This document shows, piece by piece, positions 1 to 5,333 of a DNA stretch of 8,156 nucleotides; the first letter of the stretch is position 1, and each line of letters starts with the position of its first letter. The notes under the pieces are model-generated. The model made no database searches and was not told the DNA's origin. It saw only the letters and a program-made list of their open reading frames with translations. Made by a program: the position numbers and the translations under genes. The DNA comes from a virus (lineage: Duplodnaviria; Heunggongvirae; Uroviricota; Caudoviricetes). Location: the IMG/VR virus record IMGVR_UViG_2913167280_000012, positions 1 through 8,156 of that record; one strand, given 5' to 3'.

Positions 1-990
1 TTATGTGGATGAAATGTGGATGCCTCCTTTTAATGGATTAAGTGAAATTGCATCCTGGAGGAAATCAGGAGCGAGGTGCGCATAGGTCATAGTTTGCTGG
101 ATCGTGGCGTGCCCCATAATTCGCTGGAGCGTAAGTATATTTCCTCCATTAATCATAAAGTGAGCAGCAAAGGTATGGCGTAGAACATGTACAGCCTGTC
201 CTTTTGGTAGGTCTGGCTTAACACTGCGAAGCACCTTGCGATATTCCTCATAATTGACGTCAAACAAAAGGCCGGATTTCTTTGTTTTGATCTCACTAAC
301 AACTTCATCAGAGACAGGAATAATTCGAACTTTTCCGTTTTTAGTTTTGTTAAACGTCACGCGATTATTGATGATGTGTTCCGCGCGCAGATTTTTCGCT
401 TCTCCCCATCTCGCCCCAGTACTGAGACAAAGTAGCGTAATCCGCCGAGCATCACCGCTTACTGCATCCAGCAATTTGGCGATTTCTTCCGTAGTGAGGT
501 ACGTCATTTCGGGTGATTTTCGTTTCAAAGAGGGGAGGGCGCGGAGTGGATTTTCTCCGTGAAATTCCCCGGCATTTGCCAGGAGTGTAAACATTCCTCC
601 GAGATCCGACTCATCACGCCGAACAGTAGACTCTTTTACTCCCAAGGATAAGCGGGAGCTTCGATAAGCTGCCATGAAACGAGCATTAATCTGGCTAACC
701 CTTGGATCATTCATTTCTTTGATGATTTTTTTCAATCTGGTTAGAACGCCGTTAGCATATGGCTTATTGCGTCCACCCAATTCCCACCATAACGGAAGCA
801 GATCTGAGAGATGACGTTGCTCTGTTGGCTTTTCAAGCCATTCCTTATCGTGCATGTGGCTGAGAACATAGCGCTCAAAGGCCACTGCATCTGCCTTTTT
901 CTTAAAAATCCGCTGAATCCGACGTCCACTTCGGCCACGCGGTCTAACATCCACTTTATATCGTCCACCATCGAGTGCTTTAATTGCCAT
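1..990 (-). CDS. int: P2-type tyrosine integrase (site-specific recombinase)
   Basis: Minus-strand ORF ending in TAA at 1-3. The protein closely resembles my recollection of phage P2 Int (MAIKxLDxGRYxVD... N-terminus, LSTGARWGEA, HxLRHTFAxHFMINGG box, GHxxIxQTMxYAHxAP tyrosine region, SLNPLxGG C-terminus). I prefer the start at 990 (MAIKALDGG...) over the track's 1023 because a GGAGGG Shine-Dalgarno sits about 7 nt upstream of 990 and none precedes 1023. Confidence 0.92.
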   Translation of the reverse strand: MAIKALDGGRYKVDVRPRGRSGRRIQRIFKKKADAVAFERYVLSHMHDKEWLEKPTEQRHLSDLLPLWWELGGRNKPYANGVLTRLKKIIKEMNDPRVSQINARFMAAYRSSRLSLGVKESTVRRDESDLGGMFTLLANAGEFHGENPLRALPSLKRKSPEMTYLTTEEIAKLLDAVSGDARRITLLCLSTGARWGEAKNLRAEHIINNRVTFNKTKNGKVRIIPVSDEVVSEIKTKKSGLLFDVNYEEYRKVLRSVKPDLPKGQAVHVLRHTFAAHFMINGGNILTLQRIMGHATIQQTMTYAHLAPDFLQDAISLNPLKGGIHISST

Positions 991-1056
991 TGGCAAGCCC
1001 TCCGGTGAAACGAGGAAAGACATTTCCAGTTTGTAAAACGTAAGAATAATAAAGGG

Positions 1057-1359
1057 TTAACCAATTTTCCTTTCGGATGGGGGTAAATCCGTTGGCTCTT
1101 GCCCATAGTGTGCGAGAGCCGGAGCTATCTGCCCGGATTCAGGCGCAATTTTTCCAGTCATAAACCACAAGGCATATTTTTCGAACCGCGGGCAATTTAA
1201 GATTTTCATCATTACATCCCCTTTGGGTATGGATTCGCCAGTCTCATAACGCCATAGCGCGTTATGCGGAATACCTATTAACTCCGCAGCCTCATTGCGA
1301 CTTGTAATGCGCTCACTTTCACGCATTAGTTTTAGTTTTTCACCAATCTCCAAAATCAT
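1057..1359 (-). CDS. C: P2 C-like immunity repressor (small HTH protein)
   Basis: Minus-strand ORF immediately upstream of int in the same orientation. The C-terminal half (MMKILNCPRFEKYALWFMTGKIAPESGQIAPALAHYGQ) matches my recollection of P2 repressor C (QIAPESGQIAPALAHFGQ). I start it at the second in-frame ATG (1357-1359), giving ~100 aa like P2 C, with GGAG about 8 nt upstream; the track's 1386 start adds 9 residues and has no RBS. Confidence 0.82.
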   Translation of the reverse strand: MILEIGEKLKLMRESERITSRNEAAELIGIPHNALWRYETGESIPKGDVMMKILNCPRFEKYALWFMTGKIAPESGQIAPALAHYGQEPTDLPPSERKIG

Positions 1360-1453
1360 ATTGCATTCTCCAAATATGTAGTGCATTATGCAAACAATGA
1401 GTTGAACTATGGGGTAAATATCTCACCTATACCCCAAACAGGGAGATTATCAC
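1360..1453. promoter_or_regulatory. Divergent C / cox intergenic switch region (candidate Pc/Pe promoters and operator)
   Basis: 94 bp between divergently oriented C and cox. Contains a -35-like TTGAAC (1402-1407) on the plus strand, an inverted repeat TGCAT-T-ATGCA (1382-1392), a direct repeat AAATAT (1372-1377 and 1417-1422) and an AT-rich tract. Position matches the P2 Pc/Pe switch, but I could not place exact -10 hexamers. Confidence 0.5.
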
Positions 1454-1780
1454 ATGAATGAAGAACTATTGAGGGCATTGTTTAAGATCCCAGACCCCAT
1501 CACCGTCGATGAATTTGCTCGCCGCACGGGCAAGACCGAATCAGCCGTAAGAAAGTTGGTGGAACGTCGACTCATCCCTCTGGCCACTGAGCGTGAAGTT
1601 TTAGGCGAGGAAGGAAGTTCACGCCGCCTTCTCATCCTATGGAACGAGTGGCTCGAAATGGTCTATGACGCAACGAAACAGCTTCCTCCTGAGCGTAAAG
1701 ATTGGCGCAACCACTGGCTTAATAAAGCCAAGAAGCTGGCGGAAGATTTGGGATTAGGCTTTCTTAATTTTGCTGCATGA
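1454..1780 (+). CDS. cox: Cox-like excisionase / early-operon regulator (AlpA/Cox-type HTH)
   Basis: First gene of the rightward operon, divergent from C, 108 aa, with GGGAG about 8 nt upstream of the ATG. The segment VDEFARRTGKTESAVRKLVERRLIPL resembles the HTH of P2 Cox and AlpA-type excisionases, as recalled. Confidence 0.7.
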   Translation: MNEELLRALFKIPDPITVDEFARRTGKTESAVRKLVERRLIPLATEREVLGEEGSSRRLLILWNEWLEMVYDATKQLPPERKDWRNHWLNKAKKLAEDLGLGFLNFAA

Positions 1781-1798
1781 GATGCAGGGAGTTTTGAT

Positions 1799-2140
1799 AT
1801 GAAACAGCAACGTAATTCACGCTTTCGTAATGGTGCTGAACGCCACGCTAATCGTTTCGCTACCAGTGCATCACGCAGCAACATCCGCTACAGCCTGAGC
1901 GAAACACACGCAACGCCGGATGGCTACCCAGTAAAACAAATCGGCGAGCACGCCTGGTTGATTGAGAAAGCTGGAATCGTGGTCCACAAATGCCCACGCA
2001 ATCCGTTTACCGGAAACCGCATTTTTGCACTGAGCAGCGGCGACAATCAGTTCGGGCAGGATTTCACATTATACGAAGCACTTCGCACGGTTGATCGTCT
2101 GCTTCGCGGACAAAGTTTTATTAAACAGGTTGATTTATAA
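1799..2140 (+). CDS. hypothetical early protein (113 aa)
   Basis: ORF with AGGGAG 7 nt upstream of the ATG, 18 nt after the cox stop, same strand. No family recognised. Confidence 0.62.
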   Translation: MKQQRNSRFRNGAERHANRFATSASRSNIRYSLSETHATPDGYPVKQIGEHAWLIEKAGIVVHKCPRNPFTGNRIFALSSGDNQFGQDFTLYEALRTVDRLLRGQSFIKQVDL

Positions 2141-2150
2141 CAGGTGATTT

Positions 2151-2429
2151 ATGACCAAAGAGTATGCACAAGGTGTATTTATCCGTTTTATTGATTTTCG
2201 CGGTGAACTGTTATTACGTGCATCAGCTATTGATGCTGTAGCCCAGGCAGAAAAAAAAGCAGTTACTCACGTTTATGCGAACAACGCACAACTGATCGTG
2301 GAGCTTCCGTACCAGACCGTTCGCGAAGCCATTAACGAAGCTGAAAAAGCGCGCCAGGCTAATAGCGATGAACCCTATATCGAAATTATTTGTATGGATT
2401 CAGAAGCTGAAATTAAGAAAGCAGATTAA
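2151..2429 (+). CDS. hypothetical early protein (92 aa)
   Basis: ORF with AGGTGA just upstream, 10 nt after the previous stop. Composition is protein-like. No family recognised. Confidence 0.6.
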   Translation: MTKEYAQGVFIRFIDFRGELLLRASAIDAVAQAEKKAVTHVYANNAQLIVELPYQTVREAINEAEKARQANSDEPYIEIICMDSEAEIKKAD

Positions 2430-2440
2430 AGGGCGTTGCA

Positions 2441-2683
2441 ATGGACCAGGAATACAAAACTCTCGTCAATAAAGCACTTGAGCGTTTCCATTTTCGCATA
2501 AGCGCATCAGGCACTCATGCTGAGCTCGCAGCCAGAGAGTCATTGACCAGGGCCATCAAGAGTATATACGACACAGCTTTTTACATTGACGACCCGGACG
2601 CGCTCGACGAGCTTTCCATACTCGTCTGCGCCGCAGAAAACGGGGACCATATTGAGCCATATAAACTGGGGAATATTGCATGA
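2441..2683 (+). CDS. hypothetical acidic early protein (80 aa)
   Basis: ORF in the operon frame series. Its TGA stop (2681-2683) overlaps the ATG (2680-2682) of the next small ORF. RBS is weak. Confidence 0.55.
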   Translation: MDQEYKTLVNKALERFHFRISASGTHAELAARESLTRAIKSIYDTAFYIDDPDALDELSILVCAAENGDHIEPYKLGNIA

Positions 2684-2793
2684 GTATATTTATCTCATGG
2701 CTTGTTCTGATTATTTCGGTGGCCTGCGCTATTGGAATTATGCGAATTATTCATTCAGTGAAAAAGATTGAGCGTTTTTTCTCTGACGAATAA
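2680..2793 (+). CDS. small single-pass membrane peptide (37 aa, MSIFISWLVLIISVACAIGIMRIIHSVKKIERFFSDE)
   Basis: Not in the supplied ORF track (too short); found by hand translation. ATG at 2680 overlaps the upstream stop as ATGA, with GGGGA about 8 nt upstream. Residues 3-21 form a hydrophobic helix followed by a basic/charged tail; TAA at 2791-2793. Confidence 0.4.
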   Translation: MSIFISWLVLIISVACAIGIMRIIHSVKKIERFFSDE

Positions 2794-2885
2794 CAGCACA
2801 AATAAAACACCACATTAAATAAGAAAACGTGAAAGCCATCCGCATTAGCGGAGGTATTTGTACATCCAAATAACGGAGAAAGAAA

Positions 2886-3254
2886 ATGAACGCAAAAACC
2901 GAAGACACCCTTATCTCTCTGAAAATGTTATCCGCGATGGAGCGTGAAATGCACGAGCGAGCAACAAAGGTAGGCGCTCACATTCTCAGCGTTCATGCAC
3001 TGATGGTAGCCGGCGTCATAGAAAATGCCGCCGAGCTCATCGAGGAGCAACACAAGGAAATTAGCGACCTTAAAGCTCAGCTCGCAAACGTAACATCTGC
3101 ATCCGACAACAAAGGGAGAGCCGTTCGCCTGGCCAACATGGATGCTTGCATTTATGTAATCGTGGGTGAAAACCCGGACCTTTTCCTTCTGAGACGACTA
3201 ACCGAAGACAGGGCATTTGAAGTCCACAAGTCCGAAGTGACCTTCATTAGCTGA
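2886..3254 (+). CDS. hypothetical early protein (122 aa)
   Basis: ORF with GGAG 7 nt upstream of the ATG, preceded by a 92-bp AT-rich intergenic gap (2794-2885). No family recognised. Confidence 0.62.
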   Translation: MNAKTEDTLISLKMLSAMEREMHERATKVGAHILSVHALMVAGVIENAAELIEEQHKEISDLKAQLANVTSASDNKGRAVRLANMDACIYVIVGENPDLFLLRRLTEDRAFEVHKSEVTFIS

Positions 3255-3265
3255 CGGGCGATGCA

Positions 3266-3595
3266 ATGGAAAAGCTGAAATACCACATGACTCTGATGAG
3301 TCACATTCTGAAAAGCGCAAGTGGCTTTTGTGTATACCCGTTCAGCCCTTCATGGGATGCAGAGCTACAGCAGCTACTGAATGAAGGCGTTCTCGTCGCA
3401 ACGGACGAGCACAACGCGATTTTTCATCACAACGGCAACGTCGTTGAAGTATGGATTGCTAATCGCTGGTACGGCTACGGCTGGCTGAACCGCGTTAACG
3501 GACGCGAGACTGACGCCCGTTGCACCCGCCCACGCTTTCGCACCATGTACCGCCTGCATCAAATGGTGCAGGCCTTCCAGGCAAAGGAAACGTAA
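3266..3595 (+). CDS. hypothetical early protein (109 aa, Trp/Tyr-rich C-terminal half)
   Basis: ORF 11 nt after the previous stop. Weak RBS. Its TAA stop (3593-3595) shares one base with the next ATG (TAATG). Confidence 0.55.
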   Translation: MEKLKYHMTLMSHILKSASGFCVYPFSPSWDAELQQLLNEGVLVATDEHNAIFHHNGNVVEVWIANRWYGYGWLNRVNGRETDARCTRPRFRTMYRLHQMVQAFQAKET

Positions 3596-3798
3596 TGGCA
3601 ATTAAGCGTTTTTCCGTCATTCGTTTCACCTCCAGAGGGCGTGAATACGAAGTTGACGAACGGCTGATTAAAACGCTCGACCGTCACCGTTCGCAACCTG
3701 ACGCGCATCACATTTATCTCACTGACGACACTTACTTCTGCGCCACCAACGTGGTGCAGGTGAATCTTATCAGACAGGTACAGGAGTCACGCCGATGA
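3595..3798 (+). CDS. hypothetical small protein (67 aa)
   Basis: I start it at the internal ATG 3595 (MAIKRFSVIRF...) rather than the track's 3520, because 3520-3594 lies inside the upstream gene. AGGA sits about 8 nt upstream and the start overlaps the upstream stop. Confidence 0.55.
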   Translation: MAIKRFSVIRFTSRGREYEVDERLIKTLDRHRSQPDAHHIYLTDDTYFCATNVVQVNLIRQVQESRR

Positions 3799-4040
3799 CC
3801 ATTCTGGACTACATTGCCGCCAATCCGGGCTGTAGCGGTGGAGAAATCGCCGCAGCACTGAATACCCCAACTACAGCCATTAATGCGGAGTTACGCCGAC
3901 TCTGGCGCAGCGGTTCAGTCATAAGAAAAGAGCGCAAAACAGGCGGTCGCTTTTCTTACCAGATAAACCCGATGCCGTTCGGGTGCAGCAATCCACTTAC
4001 CAACATGTTTAACCAGCTACTGAAGGAAGCCAGAGCATGA
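3795..4040 (+). CDS. hypothetical small protein, possible winged-helix DNA-binding fold (81 aa)
   Basis: ATGA overlap with the upstream gene; AGGAG 8 nt upstream. The pattern ILDYIAANPGCSGGEIAAAL...INAELRRLWRSGSVIRKER looks like a winged-helix regulator; that is a pattern judgement, not a search result. Confidence 0.6.
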   Translation: MTILDYIAANPGCSGGEIAAALNTPTTAINAELRRLWRSGSVIRKERKTGGRFSYQINPMPFGCSNPLTNMFNQLLKEARA

Positions 4041-4336
4041 GCGCCATCAACCACCAGGAATTACGCGAACTGGCAACTGACCTTCAACGAATGGCAACGC
4101 ATCAAAAATTACTGGCGTTTCGCGCAATGCTCTCGCCGTCTGCTGTGCTGGCACTGCTGGATGAGCTGGAGCACGCCAGAACCACGGCTCCTGCCATTCG
4201 CCTGACACTCCATCATGAAATTGCTGATTTCTGCGCGACGCTGGAGGCACCAGGCGAACCGGAAACGCCGGAAGCAATACAGCAAGAGCTGCTGCAACGC
4301 ATTGACAAGGTTTTTGATTTTTTTCTGAACCACTAA
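4037..4336 (+). CDS. hypothetical early protein (99 aa)
   Basis: ATGA overlap with the upstream gene; AAGGAAG about 7 nt upstream. Last ORF before the non-coding island. Confidence 0.6.
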   Translation: MSAINHQELRELATDLQRMATHQKLLAFRAMLSPSAVLALLDELEHARTTAPAIRLTLHHEIADFCATLEAPGEPETPEAIQQELLQRIDKVFDFFLNH

Positions 4337-4368
4337 GAAACCAGAACATGCACACACAAAAAAACCGC

Positions 4369-4398
4369 TTGCCATGCCGCAATCAGTCAGGTTACATT
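4369..4398 (+). promoter_or_regulatory. candidate sigma70-like promoter (TTGCCA-N18-TACATT)
   Basis: -35-like TTGCCA (4369-4374) and -10-like TACATT (4393-4398) in a non-coding region, which would start transcription near 4405. Hexamer matches are only 5/6 and 4/6. Confidence 0.25.
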
Positions 4399-4404
4399 TC
4401 CGCT

Positions 4405-4479
4405 GCACCTCATAAAACGGGTGCCGGGTTTCGCAGCCTGCTGACAACCAAAGCGCACAACCGCGCCAGCGGTTTTTTT
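4405..4479 (+). ncRNA. candidate small RNA (~75 nt) bounded by promoter-like hexamers and a terminator-like hairpin
   Basis: Between the candidate promoter and the terminator. Internal complementarity: GCACC (4405-4409) with GGTGC (4420-4424), and CGCTGC (4401-4406) with GCAGC (4433-4437). No credible ORF. Entirely a prediction. Confidence 0.22.
4459..4479 (+). terminator. candidate Rho-independent terminator
   Basis: Hairpin AACCGC (4459-4464), loop GCCA, GCGGTT (4469-4474), running into a 7-T tract (4473-4479). The stem is short, and flanking GCGCACAA / TTGTGCG could extend it or form an alternative structure. Confidence 0.45.
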
Positions 4480-4491
4480 GTGCGTACTGTA

Positions 4492-4520
4492 TTGCCACGT
4501 CTTTTTCGCACACGAATTAT
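4492..4520 (+). promoter_or_regulatory. second candidate sigma70-like promoter (TTGCCA-N17-AATTAT)
   Basis: TTGCCA (4492-4497) and AATTAT (4515-4520), which would start transcription at the base of the long hairpin beginning at 4521. TTGCCAYG is a direct repeat of the hexamer context at 4369-4376. Weak consensus match. Confidence 0.22.
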
Positions 4521-4596
4521 GGCGGGGCGTACGGGGCCGACTTCGGTCGGGCCGGGTTCTTTGGTTGCCGGTACTGCGAACCCCGTACGTCTCGCC
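4521..4596. repeat. 76-bp imperfect inverted-repeat / long-stem structured element
   Basis: GGCGGGGCGTACGGGG (4521-4536) pairs with CCCCGTACGTCTCGCC (4581-4596) over 16 bp with G-U pairs or mismatches. It encloses a 5-bp hairpin with a UUCG tetraloop (CCGAC-TTCG-GTCGG, 4537-4550) and a second CCGG-based hairpin (4551-4571). Non-coding. Confidence 0.4.
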
Positions 4597-4658
4597 ACCC
4601 ACAGTTTCGCAGCTCTGGATGGTGAGTTTTCAAAACTTACAACCAAAGAGGCCACCCC

Positions 4659-4889
4659 ATGGCAAACCGCAAACAGCACCGCGCTATCGCGGAGCGTCGT
4701 CACATCCAGACTGAAATCAACCGCAGACTTTCCCGCGCATTCCGTGTCGCTAAAATCATGCACATCAATATGCTGCATGAGCGTAGCTGCGAACTTTCAA
4801 ACCTCTACTCATCCGCTGTTTTCAGCTATCTGGCGGATGATCTGCGCGAGCTTCAGCAGCTCATCCAGCAGCAAAACAAACTCCATTAA
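4659..4889 (+). CDS. hypothetical basic small protein (76 aa)
   Basis: ORF with AAAGAGG 7 nt upstream of the ATG; first gene after the non-coding island. Arg/Lys-rich N-terminus (MANRKQHRAIAERRHIQTEINRR). No family recognised. Confidence 0.6.
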   Translation: MANRKQHRAIAERRHIQTEINRRLSRAFRVAKIMHINMLHERSCELSNLYSSAVFSYLADDLRELQQLIQQQNKLH

Positions 4890-4961
4890 TTCCTGTTCCG
4901 GGCCTTTCCTGCACCTTGCGGCGGGAGGCCTTCGCACATCTGTAACAAGAGGATTGCCGCA

Positions 4962-5327
4962 ATGATTCTCGCCAACGACTTTCTTGAATATCTGCTCAAC
5001 ACAGAGCGTGATCTTGCCGTTCGCGTGCGTGAACGTTATGACATGTACCTGAAATCCCTGCCTGTACCGCAGCTCGCTGACGGAAAGATTGTTATTGATG
5101 GTCGTTACATGATTGACAGCCACGAGGGAAATTACAGGCTTTACCGTATTGAAGGTGGCACCCCGTCCGTTATTGGCATTTACCAGCGCCCATCCTCTGC
5201 GATCGTCGATGTGATTGCCGACAGCATCCGCATCACACATCACTATGCCGACACAGAAGACACCGTGCTGGAAATTCAGCGGCTGGCTACCGTCTGCCGC
5301 GACACCCTGAATGGCATGACGAAGTAA
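4962..5327 (+). CDS. hypothetical protein immediately upstream of the replication initiator (121 aa)
   Basis: ORF with AAGAGGA 8 nt upstream of the ATG; ends 6 nt before the gpA start. It occupies the slot held by small accessory replication genes in P2-like phages. No family recognised. Confidence 0.65.
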   Translation: MILANDFLEYLLNTERDLAVRVRERYDMYLKSLPVPQLADGKIVIDGRYMIDSHEGNYRLYRIEGGTPSVIGIYQRPSSAIVDVIADSIRITHHYADTEDTVLEIQRLATVCRDTLNGMTK

Positions 5328-5333
5328 ATCACT

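Noticed and set aside
1360-1386. Longer N-terminal extension of the repressor (start at 1386) and of the integrase (start at 1023)
   Set aside because: The upstream ATGs lack Shine-Dalgarno sequences, whereas the internal ATGs (1359 and 990) have GGAG/GGAGGG at the right spacing and give protein lengths matching P2 C and Int. The 1386 extension would also run into the switch region.
2586-2771. 61-aa plus-strand ORF from the track overlapping the end of the 2441-2683 gene
   Set aside because: It is out of frame with both the upstream gene and the 37-aa peptide ORF, has no RBS, and looks like an alternative-frame artefact. The hand-called 2680-2793 peptide explains this interval better.
3520-3594. 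5' extension of the 67-aa ORF (track start at 3520)
   Set aside because: The extension lies wholly inside the 3' end of the upstream gene in another frame. The internal ATG at 3595 has an AGGA RBS and a TAATG overlap typical of coupled genes.
4521-4596. Possible tRNA or tRNA-like gene (the element is exactly 76 nt)
   Set aside because: There is no T-arm GTTCRANYC motif and no D-loop signature, the closing stem is 16 bp not 7 bp, and it does not fold as a cloverleaf. I kept it as a structured element only.
4890-4961. Imperfect hairpin GGCCTTTCC...GGGAGGCC between the 76-aa ORF and the next gene, as a possible terminator
   Set aside because: The stem needs G-U pairs, the loop is about 13 nt, and no U-tract follows. 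It is more likely incidental structure or part of the RBS context of the 4962 gene.
4348-4965. 205-aa plus-strand ORF from the six-frame track spanning the non-coding island and the downstream small gene
   Set aside because: The translation is low-complexity and Ser/Thr/Arg/Ala-rich, there is no RBS, and it runs through the terminator hairpin and long stem and overlaps the better-supported 4659-4889 ORF in another frame. I treat it as a chance ORF.
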